Source of the DNA: Patescibacteria group bacterium
GTDB taxonomy: Bacteria; Patescibacteriota; Microgenomatia; Levybacterales; UBA12049
Direction: 5' to 3'
Length of the DNA: 64,000 nucleotides
NCBI GenBank assembly: GCA_035946335.1
Contig: DASYZL010000011.1
Coordinates: 3,569 to 67,568, forward strand
How positions within the stretch are numbered: the first letter of the stretch is position 1; each line of letters opens with the position of its first letter. Shown piece after piece: positions 30,012 through 39,367 of this stretch. The notes beneath the pieces were generated by a model, which worked only from the letters and a program-made list of their open reading frames with translations, was not told the DNA's origin and made no database searches. The position numbers and the translations under genes were made by a program.

Positions 30012-30479
30012 TTATCTGGTCATTACAGGAGGAGTATTGCTCAGACAAATGAGTTTGTATGCGCAAGCAATTTCCGGACAAGGTTTTCCTGCAGTACAGG
30101 TAGGACATATTGGTTGGTAGTAGCAGTGGGGAGGGGTAATCGATGGGGTAAGCGTTGGAGGAGAACAGGTGACGCAGGTGGTATCTGCTGTGTTGGCAAT
30201 ACCGAGTTGTGGATTTTGGCACCATGCCCGCTTTTGAGACTTACTAAAGCAGAGCGTATGACTGGAACACATACCACAGGTAAGTTGTCGAGGATATACG
30301 GGTAACGAAGGATATGGATATCTGGAGATTGGACATGGTCTCTCTCCGACACAAGGTGAAGGTGGGATAGAGGCATTATGAGAGGAGTATATGCCAAAAA
30401 ATGGGATACTTAAGGCAAGCAGCCCAAAGGTTGACATGAGGAGAATTTTATGATGCTTCTTCAATTTCCTCTTTTTCAT
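30012..30479 (-). CDS. Small secreted cysteine-rich protein (signal peptide plus about 17 Cys, Pro/Thr-rich).
   Basis: N-terminal KR-rich n-region then hydrophobic h-region (ILLMSTFGLLALSIPFFGIYS). The mature part has many CxxC/CP motifs. Confidence 0.4.
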   Translation of the reverse strand: MKKRKLKKHHKILLMSTFGLLALSIPFFGIYSSHNASIPPSPCVGERPCPISRYPYPSLPVYPRQLTCGMCSSHTLCFSKSQKRAWCQNPQLGIANTADTTCVTCSPPTLTPSITPPHCYYQPICPTCTAGKPCPEIACAYKLICLSNTPPVMTR

Positions 30480-30616
30480 ATTAAAGGATTTCTTTTGTTC
30501 ATATATCCATCGTAAGGAAAGGAGTGTAATATTGTCAATAGATGTTAGTACTGAGGTGGAATTTTTAAGCTAATTTGCTACGGGACACCGTAGAGATGTC
30601 AAGTATTATTGTTAAG

Positions 30617-30704
30617 CGGAGGAGGTGGGATTCGAACCCACGGTAACTAAAAAGCTACAGCCGCTTTCGAGACGGCCCCGTTATGACCACTTCGGTACTC
30701 CTCC
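30617..30704 (-). tRNA. tRNA-Ser (anticodon CGA), class II.
   Basis: Reverse complement gives acceptor GGAGGAG/CTCCTCC, anticodon arm GCCGT-CTCGAAA-GCGGC, an 18-nt variable arm, and T-arm GTGGG-TTCGAAT-CCCAC. Confidence 0.75.
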
Positions 30705-30863
30705 AAAGATTCTTCAAATTGTATATATTTTATGTTCAGGCTTTATTACAAAGAGTATTTTTTATATCTCTCTGTTTCTTTTCTTAAAAATAATCATTGG
30801 AACGATTGAAGCTTATCATCCATTTGTGAATATTTCAATGTTTCGGAATTTGCATTATATGCA

Positions 30864-31301
30864 TTGACAAGTCTTCGGATAGTGTGGCAATATAAAAATA
30901 TGGATGATAAGCGTGGGCAGTTTACCCAACAAAACTCAGTAGATCAACAAAATGCATCCTCTACTGATCAATTTTCTTCCCAGCAGCCACAACCCGTTTC
31001 CTCATTGCAACAGGATGAATCAAATACAAAACCTGCACAAGTATCCCAGGCGCAACCACAAACTGATCCATCCCAGGCGTATATTGAAAACACAGGAGGT
31101 TCTATCATTGAACTATTAGGAGAAATTGGTAATGACGATAAACTTCTCGTGCAGGTTGCAGAAGAAATGAAGATGGATAAGGAAAGATGTAAAACACTTT
31201 TGGCAGCTATTTTAGAAAAAATCAGTAAGGGTCAACTCACAGACGAAGAATTATCTTTTATTCTTACAGCCCCTGTTGTCGAAGAAGATTTGATCAGCTA
31301 A
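30864..31301 (+). CDS. Hypothetical Gln/Ser-rich low-complexity protein.
   Basis: ORF between two tRNA genes. Q-rich N-terminal half and a short acidic C-terminal domain. Start probably at the internal MDDKRG. Confidence 0.3.
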   Translation: MTSLRIVWQYKNMDDKRGQFTQQNSVDQQNASSTDQFSSQQPQPVSSLQQDESNTKPAQVSQAQPQTDPSQAYIENTGGSIIELLGEIGNDDKLLVQVAEEMKMDKERCKTLLAAILEKISKGQLTDEELSFILTAPVVEEDLIS

Positions 31302-31313
31302 TTTGTTCATTTG

Positions 31314-31384
31314 CGTCCTCGGCGGGAATCGAACCCGCATCAAAGGCTCCGGAAGCCCTTATTCTATCCATTAAACTACAAGGA
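31314..31384 (-). tRNA. tRNA-Arg (anticodon CCG), probable.
   Basis: Reverse complement gives acceptor GTCCTTG/CGAGGAC, anticodon arm AGGGC-TTCCGGA-GCCTT with U33, and T-arm GCGGG-TTCGATT-CCCGC. An alternative register would give Pro(CGG) but lacks U33. Confidence 0.6.
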
Positions 31385-31442
31385 CACGATGTGTATTATA
31401 CAACACCTTGACGCGTTCATTGGGAAACGATAGAGTAAAAGT

Positions 31443-31970
31443 ATGGAAGAAATGTCACAACACATGAATCCTCACGAAGTGGTAACGCTCCTTTCCTGGA
31501 GTGCTCCAGGAAGACCATTTCGTAAACGAAGCAAAAGTTTTTTTGCAACAGGACTTCTCCTGATGCTACTTATTGAAATCATTTTATTCCTCTTTGCCCA
31601 GTACGCGCTCATGTTTGTTATTCTCTCCCTTGTGTTTATATCCTTTGTCCTTGCATCAGTCCCTCCCCATGATTTTCACTACCGCATCAGTACTGAAGGC
31701 ATTACCATCGAAGACCATTTTTATTTATGGCAAGAATTGTATGATTTTTACTTTAAGAAAAAATTTGGTGTTGACGTACTCCACATTCGCAGTAAAACAT
31801 TATTTCCCGGTGAATTAACCTTGACACTTGGTGATATTACGCCTGAGCATGTCAAGTCTGTATTGTTACCGTATCTTCCATACCGGGAATATGTCAAGCC
31901 AACATTTATGGAACAATCCGCAGAATGGTTATCGTACACATTTCCTCTTGAAAATGATCATGCCCGTTAG
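31443..31970 (+). CDS. Hypothetical membrane protein.
   Basis: 175 aa with two adjacent TM helices near the N-terminus. Confidence 0.35.
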   Translation: MEEMSQHMNPHEVVTLLSWSAPGRPFRKRSKSFFATGLLLMLLIEIILFLFAQYALMFVILSLVFISFVLASVPPHDFHYRISTEGITIEDHFYLWQELYDFYFKKKFGVDVLHIRSKTLFPGELTLTLGDITPEHVKSVLLPYLPYREYVKPTFMEQSAEWLSYTFPLENDHAR

Positions 31971-32109
31971 AGTCGGGAAAGTATAATTTGCCATTTACTT
32001 ATTATTCCGAAGGGAAACAGGATTGTTAATCTCTCATGGAGCATATGCATTTTTGAGCCTCAGCCTTGGACAAATTTTTGATAATACGTTACAATACCAA
32101 TACCATTTT

Positions 32110-32182
32110 GTGCCCGTAGCTCAGTGGATAGAGCATCAGATTGCGGATCTGGAGATCGGAGGTTCGATTCCTCTCGGGCACG
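32110..32182 (+). tRNA. tRNA-Arg (anticodon GCG as read).
   Basis: Acceptor GTGCCCG/CGGGCAC. D-arm GCTC-AGTGGATA-GAGC. Anticodon arm TCAGA-TTGCGGA-TCTGG. T-arm GGAGG-TTCGATT-CCTCT. Confidence 0.7.
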
Positions 32183-32187
32183 CTCAC

Positions 32188-33864
32188 CTACTCTTTGGTA
32201 ATGCCCATAGAAGACATTATTAAGAAAAGCATAACAATACCTCCGGCCATCGTTGCTTTATTCATTGTTTGTGTTAGATTTCTTCGTAATGCAAGTCTTC
32301 GTTTCCAGTTGACAGTTTGTTCTCCTTGTTGATGGTTCATAATCCGCTCCATTGCGCTATCAATGTTTCCACTTTGAAGAGCGTTACGAATACCGCGTGC
32401 TGTTGCTCTGTCAATGGAACCATCTGTATACATGTTCCAGAATCCTTCTAACTGGCCTTCCAGCATATCCGGATTTTCGACAAATTGCTGACATGCCTGC
32501 AGCATGCTTTGCGTATCATGTAATTGTTGTATGCTATTTTGTAATGCTTGTAATTGATTTTCATCTTTTGTTGTAGCAAACTGTTCGTTTAATTGCTTTA
32601 TCTGTTGACTAACATCTTCCATGTGTTGTTGCATCCCGGTGGTATCTGTTTTTGCAATAATATCTTTATGCACTAAATCTACGATATCCCGTGCTTGAAG
32701 CAACGTTCTTCCTGTATCTTTTATTTGTTGGCTCATTTGTGCCAGTTCATCAATTTCACCTTGAGCTTGCTCACTTAATCTTCCTGTTTCTTTTGAGGCG
32801 AGCTGTCCTTTTCGCGCTTTGATGTATCTATCGAAGTCTTTTACCGTTAACGTGCCATTGTTCTCTGCTTCTGTATTAATTACCTTGCGAAGTTCATCAA
32901 GATTTTCATCTGCAAATACTTTTTGTCGTTCTCTTTCGGCTGAAATAGCAGCAGGAGTAAAACCCAACCTGACAATATCTTCATCGGATACATTATTGCT
33001 AAGCGCTTCGACAAGTCTTGGATCTGCTGGTGCTATTTTTTCCTGCAATAACGTTAGGTGTGCTTCAAGTAGTCGTGATTGCTCAGGAGATTTTGCATAA
33101 TATGCACGGAGTGAATCAGCAGCGGCATATATTTGTCCGTCAATAACGTCCTGGAGGGAAATTGTTTGCGTGCTTTCTGTAAAACTATCTCTTATAGGTC
33201 TACCATTCGTTCCTATGTTTTGTACTTTGCAATGTGCAATTACTTCGATGCTACCGTCTTCATTCCGCTGCACGCCAGTGACAGCAGTTATATGAGTTGC
33301 TCTTTCTCTACCTCTTGCATCAGGTAAACGGATCAGTATTGGTTCTAGTGCGCCTCCTTGTGCATAATCCTCCGGTTTAAAATTTTCCGGTGTCAGTTCT
33401 CTGAGAAGTTCAATGCGGACTAGATCAGGTTCAGCCGGGGTGGGCTCCGGAGGTGGATTTTTTTTGTATTCCTTTTTTTGTTTTCTCGATAAATTTTTAT
33501 AATCAGGTGTCTGCGGCGAAAATGTTTCTGTTGCTATCATGCGTCGTGCAACTTGCTGTACTTCTCCTTGTACTATTTTTCGTTCTTTTTCTCTTGTTTC
33601 TGGATCTTCCGGAGCTTGCAGAACGAGTGGTTGCTGCTGTTCATTTTGTTGAGGAGCAGAGATTACCGGTGGTGGTTCGGGCGAAACGGGCGTTGTTGCA
33701 TTCTGTGGGGTACTTTGTTCCACATTAGAAGATTGCTGATTTGGATTTACCTGATTGCTAGTATTCAATGCATCAAGTTCATCCGGCATAAGAAGTGATG
33801 ATAATGAAGACGGTTCTGGTATGGGTGGTACTCGTCCGCCTGTTTCTCCATTTAACATACACAC
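32188..33864 (-). CDS. Hypothetical 558-aa protein. Pro/Gln-rich N-terminus, coiled-coil-rich body, single C-terminal TM helix (tail-anchored).
   Basis: Long uninterrupted ORF. Only the last 25 residues are hydrophobic (ATMAGGIVMLFLIMSSMGI). No enzymatic motif recognised. Confidence 0.5.
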   Translation of the reverse strand: MCMLNGETGGRVPPIPEPSSLSSLLMPDELDALNTSNQVNPNQQSSNVEQSTPQNATTPVSPEPPPVISAPQQNEQQQPLVLQAPEDPETREKERKIVQGEVQQVARRMIATETFSPQTPDYKNLSRKQKKEYKKNPPPEPTPAEPDLVRIELLRELTPENFKPEDYAQGGALEPILIRLPDARGRERATHITAVTGVQRNEDGSIEVIAHCKVQNIGTNGRPIRDSFTESTQTISLQDVIDGQIYAAADSLRAYYAKSPEQSRLLEAHLTLLQEKIAPADPRLVEALSNNVSDEDIVRLGFTPAAISAERERQKVFADENLDELRKVINTEAENNGTLTVKDFDRYIKARKGQLASKETGRLSEQAQGEIDELAQMSQQIKDTGRTLLQARDIVDLVHKDIIAKTDTTGMQQHMEDVSQQIKQLNEQFATTKDENQLQALQNSIQQLHDTQSMLQACQQFVENPDMLEGQLEGFWNMYTDGSIDRATARGIRNALQSGNIDSAMERIMNHQQGEQTVNWKRRLALRRNLTQTMNKATMAGGIVMLFLIMSSMGITKE

Positions 33865-33915
33865 TCCATCTTACTTGCTTTTTTTGCAGAGTTCAAGCAA
33901 TAATAAAGGGAGACT

Positions 33916-36900
33916 ATGGCTAGTCCAGCAGAAGTATTACAGCAACAACGGCAACGGACAAACATGAGAGGAAGAGGCCGGGGAGGTTTCCTTGGTCGTG
34001 TATTTAGCCATAATAAGCAGCCAAGAGTAAGACCGCCAACGCTTACCGATAAAGAAGGTAGTATTTCCATTTCAACAGAAAAAATTGTACAAGGTCCAAA
34101 GGAGCAACGAACCTTCCAGTCTGCAGGAGGATTAAAAGCATGGGGAGATGAGCATATTGAGACATTCCTTCGATTACAGGATGAACCTGATCCGCATAAT
34201 CCAGGCCAAACACTCCTTCAGACAATTGATGCAGAAGACAGAACTGTTTCTGGAACCACAATGAGGGGTGATCAAATCACAACGCATGGTTGGAGGCAAC
34301 GATTTCTGGATGCGACATGCGATTACGATGAGGTAACCGGAAGATGGAAACGGAATAATGAGAAATTCGACGCATTCATGAACACGCCCGAAGGATTAGC
34401 AATCACAGAACTTGCCGTGGAAGATGAATTGTTGAGAATACAACGCGAGCTCGGTGTCTTTATAATGATAGATCCTGCGGGAAACAGAGGAGATGTGAAT
34501 GATCTATTGCAAGATATCGATGTATATGGACAGGGAGCAGTACGAAGGCTCGAACATTCAATAAGGGATTTGTTGAATGGGCATCAGCGAATTGCCGGAC
34601 GCGAGCAACAGATACGGTTAGGAAATCAAATCGGGCAGGCACTTGCCGCACTCGCCGGAACAACTGGTGCAGGTAATTTTGTCGGGGCTGCTCTTCGAAA
34701 TCAAGGTGCAGGTATGGCAATTGGTGCCGTGGCCGGAGTAGCTGGTATGGGAATCGCTGCATTAAGAAGCAGGGGGCTCCAAATTCGAATATATGAGAAT
34801 GATCTTTCACCACGTTTTAATCATCCTACCCTGCTTCAACAAGAACGCCTGACCTCTTCAACGTATGGCAGAGAAGTACTTGGTATTGACCCGAATGATT
34901 TTCAATGGGGACTTCATCCAAATACAAGAGTTACCGGTCCTGCAAATGTTCGCGGATTGGAGTATACCGATAACGCAACCCAGGGTATTCCCGGTTCACG
35001 AAATATCTCTTATGCCGTTGGGAGGATGCTGGAACTTGTCGGTTTGCAAGCGCAGTGGCAGGAAGATGCGATGGTTCTTGCGGAAAATAGAGAGATTTTG
35101 AACCAATTCATTCATAACCAACCACGTCCTGACGCTCTCGATCCCAGAACACATCCGGCAGAACATAAGCTCATTTTTCATAGCCGTATTTATGAAAATT
35201 TCCGCGCATTGGTAGAAAGGGAGATACAAAATGATCCAAATTTTGATCCCTACGATCCTATTAATCGTGCTTATGTTGATAACCTCCTGATGCAAGCCCA
35301 TAACCATACAATAACATTGGAGCTACTGGCATTTGAAAAGAGAAATAATCCACCTGAAGATCCGTATAACGTGAATGAACTCAAAAATAGAAAAAACGCT
35401 TTGGAGGGTGTAGAGGGCACAGTGCCTGATTTCATCGCGTACCGAAAAAATGTTTTGGAGAGCGAGAGAGAAGCGGTGCAAAACAACAGAAATACGGTAA
35501 AAGCATACAAGAAAGCGCACAAAGCTACCCCTGAAGGCGCTCTTACAAAAGATCCGGAAGGAAATGTGACAGAGGATACCAGAAATACACGGAAAAAACT
35601 TGATGATTTGCGAATAGAAGAGGAAAATTTGCGATTGACAGTCGGAACTGTCGTTGGCGGTACGTTTCGTCCTTCGACTTCATTATTAATTGCTATTGAC
35701 CAATTAGAAAAAGTATTAAGTAGAGATGGTCGTAACGCGAGAGATGCAATTGCATTGGATGGATCAACAGTGTCGATCCGTAACTTGGAGCAACAAAGGA
35801 AAGTTGCGCAGTTAGCTGCGAAAGCAGAAAGAGATGCTGCATTAGCGCAAACGCGAACAATAGGAACTCCTCCAACTGTTGTCCCTGTTTATGCCCCTCT
35901 TATTACAGGTGGAGGGGCTTATGCAAGAGATGCAAATGAAGCAGTTCGAACTGAAAAATTCAGAGAAATACAGCAAAAACAAGAGGAAGCAATACAGCGA
36001 ATAAATACTCTAGAACAACAACTTATTGAGAGAAAGAAAAAGCTTGAGGAAGTGCAGAGCAATATCATACGAACAAAAGATTCTCTGGAAACCCTGCCGG
36101 AAACAACTGCGATGCACGGATTTAAATTAGGTGTGCGGGATGATTTTGAAGAGTTAGAGGAAATGTTTAATACAGGAGTTATTACGAGAGTGCTTGGAGG
36201 AAATGCGCGTCTTTGGTTACGCTTCAGCTCAGTAGAAGATATTTTACGGGATATCAATGAAGTAAACGGGAGTCGCCCTGAATTTGGGTGGAGAGTGGAT
36301 GAAAACGATAACGCTGATCATCGGGAATTGATTCTGCGTGCCCAAACGTACGCGTTAGTAGTGGAACGATTGGAAAATCATAAGATAGCTAATCCTGTGA
36401 ACGCAACAAATTGGATTAATTATGAAACAATAGTCCGAAATGCGCAATATTTTGACCTACCGTCAGGAAGATTACCTAGTGTCTATGACCAGGCGCGTAT
36501 TACTGACCAGCAACTTCTTGTCTTGGATTCCGATGAAGTTATTGCAACCATGAGGGCAAGAGGATTGACTCCACTACCGACTCAGGCAGAGATAGCGGGC
36601 GCTAAAGCAGTTGCAAAGGAGATTTTAAAATCCTACGAAGAAACTTTACAGATTTTCACCGGGGCGTTCAATCGGGAAATTAACGGTATTGAGTCAACCC
36701 GTCAGGAGCGTTTAGCAAGTATTGATATGGCACTTGCTATTGTTGATACACCGCAAGTTGTCTATGGACGAATTAAAGAATTATATAGAATCGATGCGAG
36801 CAGCCCTGAGGGTGAGCCGCACGAGCAAATTGAATACCTTGTGGGTACGCAATGGGCACAGGATCAGATTGTGGCTGGTAGAGCAAGAAATAACCACGCA

Positions 36901-37287
36901 ATCAGCCAGGAAGAGTTGAACGCTATCACCAGTGGTTTTATGCCTGAAAATGTTCAAGCATTAATAGCCCTTTTCACTGGATTTGATGAAGAAGGTGCAA
37001 ATATACCCGGACTGCCAAATCAGGTTCAGGTAACGGCAGCTTCAAGAGGGCAACGGTACATGCAGGCAAGTAATCTCGAAAGAGTTTTCGGAGGACAGCA
37101 GGGTTTAGTGCAGGCAGTTTTGAGATCTTTTAGGTTTGAGTTACCGGTAGGGCCGTTTCTCCCCACATACCGAGAGTTGGGGAATATAATGCAAAATCAG
37201 AATAGAAATTTAATGACTCCTGACTGGATGTCGCGGGGAGTTGAAAATTTTCTCAAGGAGTTGACTGTCGCGGGGCAAAGGGCGTAA
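33916..37287 (+). CDS. Hypothetical 1123-aa protein. RGG-rich N-terminus, one Gly-zipper-like hydrophobic segment, coiled coils.
   Basis: Long ORF. N-terminus MRGRGRGGFLGRVF. Gly/Ala-rich hydrophobic stretch AALAGTTGAGNFVGAALRNQGAGMAIGAVAGVAGMGIAAL around residues 250-290. No catalytic motif recognised. Confidence 0.55.
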   Translation: MASPAEVLQQQRQRTNMRGRGRGGFLGRVFSHNKQPRVRPPTLTDKEGSISISTEKIVQGPKEQRTFQSAGGLKAWGDEHIETFLRLQDEPDPHNPGQTLLQTIDAEDRTVSGTTMRGDQITTHGWRQRFLDATCDYDEVTGRWKRNNEKFDAFMNTPEGLAITELAVEDELLRIQRELGVFIMIDPAGNRGDVNDLLQDIDVYGQGAVRRLEHSIRDLLNGHQRIAGREQQIRLGNQIGQALAALAGTTGAGNFVGAALRNQGAGMAIGAVAGVAGMGIAALRSRGLQIRIYENDLSPRFNHPTLLQQERLTSSTYGREVLGIDPNDFQWGLHPNTRVTGPANVRGLEYTDNATQGIPGSRNISYAVGRMLELVGLQAQWQEDAMVLAENREILNQFIHNQPRPDALDPRTHPAEHKLIFHSRIYENFRALVEREIQNDPNFDPYDPINRAYVDNLLMQAHNHTITLELLAFEKRNNPPEDPYNVNELKNRKNALEGVEGTVPDFIAYRKNVLESEREAVQNNRNTVKAYKKAHKATPEGALTKDPEGNVTEDTRNTRKKLDDLRIEEENLRLTVGTVVGGTFRPSTSLLIAIDQLEKVLSRDGRNARDAIALDGSTVSIRNLEQQRKVAQLAAKAERDAALAQTRTIGTPPTVVPVYAPLITGGGAYARDANEAVRTEKFREIQQKQEEAIQRINTLEQQLIERKKKLEEVQSNIIRTKDSLETLPETTAMHGFKLGVRDDFEELEEMFNTGVITRVLGGNARLWLRFSSVEDILRDINEVNGSRPEFGWRVDENDNADHRELILRAQTYALVVERLENHKIANPVNATNWINYETIVRNAQYFDLPSGRLPSVYDQARITDQQLLVLDSDEVIATMRARGLTPLPTQAEIAGAKAVAKEILKSYEETLQIFTGAFNREINGIESTRQERLASIDMALAIVDTPQVVYGRIKELYRIDASSPEGEPHEQIEYLVGTQWAQDQIVAGRARNNHAISQEELNAITSGFMPENVQALIALFTGFDEEGANIPGLPNQVQVTAASRGQRYMQASNLERVFGGQQGLVQAVLRSFRFELPVGPFLPTYRELGNIMQNQNRNLMTPDWMSRGVENFLKELTVAGQRA

Positions 37288-37290
37288 ATT

Positions 37291-37671
37291 ATGGTAACGA
37301 CAAAAGATTTAATAAAATTATTTGTCTCTGACGTAAAAGTGAGGGATACGCTTCTTGCTGAGATTGATACTATGCATGGAGCACAAGCTGGCTATATTGT
37401 CAGTATGCTGTGGAATGCGTTCAGTACGATATACGCGGCAAAGTTGGATGAAAATACTCATGAAGGTTTTGTGCACATTGCAGAAGGATCTGAGACATTG
37501 GATGAAGGGTTTTATATCCGTATAAGACAGAAAACTGACAAAGACTTTGAGGCTATGGTTACACAAGCGCAGGAAACAGCGCAGTTGAAAGAAGCTCGTA
37601 AAGCAATGGAAGTAATTGTCAAAGAAATACAGGCATCAAAAGGCGCAAAGAAAATAACAGGGGTAAACTAG
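37291..37671 (+). CDS. Hypothetical 126-aa protein, co-oriented with the large orphan genes.
   Basis: ORF starting 4 nt after the 1123-aa gene. No motif recognised. Confidence 0.4.
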   Translation: MVTTKDLIKLFVSDVKVRDTLLAEIDTMHGAQAGYIVSMLWNAFSTIYAAKLDENTHEGFVHIAEGSETLDEGFYIRIRQKTDKDFEAMVTQAQETAQLKEARKAMEVIVKEIQASKGAKKITGVN

Positions 37672-37682
37672 CTTTATTTTTT

Positions 37683-39314
37683 ATGCAGGAACAACAACCA
37701 GCTGAACAAGGAGGTATGCAGCCCGAGCCGCAACTGTTATCAGAGCACGAGAAACTGATAATGCAGGCACAATTAGCACAAATAAGTAAACATTCAAGGC
37801 GTTTCATTGTTCAACAGGAAGGAAATCAGTCTCCAACTTTGGAGCAGACAATTACTGCAATAGATCAATTTCCTGATCTTGCAGCAACACTAACTGCAAA
37901 ATTAACGTCAAACCAAGTAGAATACCTCGCATGCGAGCTGGAATTAATGGCTAAGCTTCATCTTGTTGAGATAACGGATATCCCTAAAGACAAAGGTCAG
38001 ATAGTCCAATTATATTACAATTCACTCAAGAAAATACAGGAAAACGAACTGAACCAAGCTCCCCAACAACCTCAACCTGGAGAAGTAATGGTTGAAGAAG
38101 TTCCAAATAACGAGCCAAATGCTCAACCAGCTACACCGCAAACTCAGCCTCAGAACATAGACGTAAAAGCGAGTGAACCTATAGATCAGTCAGGACAGAA
38201 CGAAGGGCAAGATGTGACTACAAACATTCAGCAATCTAACAGTGCGCATGATTCTCAACAAGGTTTAGTACCAGCAGAGTTGCACGCAACGCCGCGGGCG
38301 GGGAGATCTGATGAAGTTCAGTGGGGAAATCCCAATGTGGGTTTATGGGCAAAATACCTTGAAGGGAGTGTGGCTATGATACCTCCTTTTGACGGCACTG
38401 TCGCAGAACTTATCCCTATGGTGCAGATGCTTGATTTTTTACAGAATAACTTGCAACGCTATAATCCCCAACCGGGCGGACTAGGAAGAGAAGAAATGCG
38501 TGAGAGAATAGGCGATTTGCTTGAAGCGATTTGGGTAAATTCAGAAAATGAACTTGCGAATGAAATTCATAGTCGTTTTAACGAAGCGCATCCGGATGAG
38601 AGCATTGGACTCGTAACCAATGATGACTTGAGTTATGATACGAACGTCTTTTTGCAGGCAATCGGACACGTTGCACAAAGTGGGGAAGGAAATGCTGTGA
38701 TACATATAGGTCCTGGTGTCATACGGCCAAATTCCCCTGGTCCTGTGGTTCCACCACCTGAGGTTTCTTCTCAGCATGGAAGAGTGTCGCCGAGGCAAAT
38801 TCCTCAAGGAGATACACAAGCCGGGTATTCTGTTAAACCAGTAGGAAAAAAGCCATCAGCTGCTGTCAACGGATTATCTTATAAAGAGCGGTTAAGGTTG
38901 GAAAAGGAAAGAGAAGAAAGACTGGATAGAGATATTCGTCAAGAAGCGAGAATAGTACTCAACTTACCGTCGACTTTACCTCCGGAAAGCATAGAGGACG
39001 AAATAAGCCTCGATGATTTTAAAGATATATACTTAAGAAATCTCCAGGCTCCTCCATACTCAATAGAATTTTATAATCGAAGGATCCGCCCGTTTGTTGA
39101 AGAATTAATGCAAATTGTTCCTACAGGTTTGCCGAATCAAACCGTCAGTCGGGAACAATTTGATGCAAGAGTAAACAGTTGTTTACGTGCGATATATAGG
39201 CATTTACCTCCTGAAGCAATAGGACAACTTCCTCCTTCTATGCGTACGGGTTATAATACGTATGTAACTAAAGATAATTCATTGCTTTTACGTAGCTTAT
39301 TGAATCTTCATTAA
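37683..39314 (+). CDS. Hypothetical 543-aa protein. Gln/Pro-rich low-complexity N-terminal half, no TM segment.
   Basis: Long ORF co-directional with the 1123-aa gene and separated from the 126-aa gene by about 12 nt. No enzymatic motif recognised. Confidence 0.5.
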   Translation: MQEQQPAEQGGMQPEPQLLSEHEKLIMQAQLAQISKHSRRFIVQQEGNQSPTLEQTITAIDQFPDLAATLTAKLTSNQVEYLACELELMAKLHLVEITDIPKDKGQIVQLYYNSLKKIQENELNQAPQQPQPGEVMVEEVPNNEPNAQPATPQTQPQNIDVKASEPIDQSGQNEGQDVTTNIQQSNSAHDSQQGLVPAELHATPRAGRSDEVQWGNPNVGLWAKYLEGSVAMIPPFDGTVAELIPMVQMLDFLQNNLQRYNPQPGGLGREEMRERIGDLLEAIWVNSENELANEIHSRFNEAHPDESIGLVTNDDLSYDTNVFLQAIGHVAQSGEGNAVIHIGPGVIRPNSPGPVVPPPEVSSQHGRVSPRQIPQGDTQAGYSVKPVGKKPSAAVNGLSYKERLRLEKEREERLDRDIRQEARIVLNLPSTLPPESIEDEISLDDFKDIYLRNLQAPPYSIEFYNRRIRPFVEELMQIVPTGLPNQTVSREQFDARVNSCLRAIYRHLPPEAIGQLPPSMRTGYNTYVTKDNSLLLRSLLNLH

Positions 39315-39367
39315 ATGAACTAAAGTATATTTCTCCTTCAAACACATTTCTCTGCTATAATACCCAT

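Noticed and set aside
30625-30867. 80-aa plus-strand ORF
   Set aside because: It overlaps the well-formed tRNA-Ser(CGA) on the opposite strand and is low-complexity. It is an artefact of the open frame across the tRNA.
32023-32223. 66-aa plus-strand ORF
   Set aside because: Its frame simply reads through tRNA-Arg(GCG) (the peptide contains ...VPVAQWIEHQIADLEIGGSIP, a translation of the tRNA). It is not a gene.
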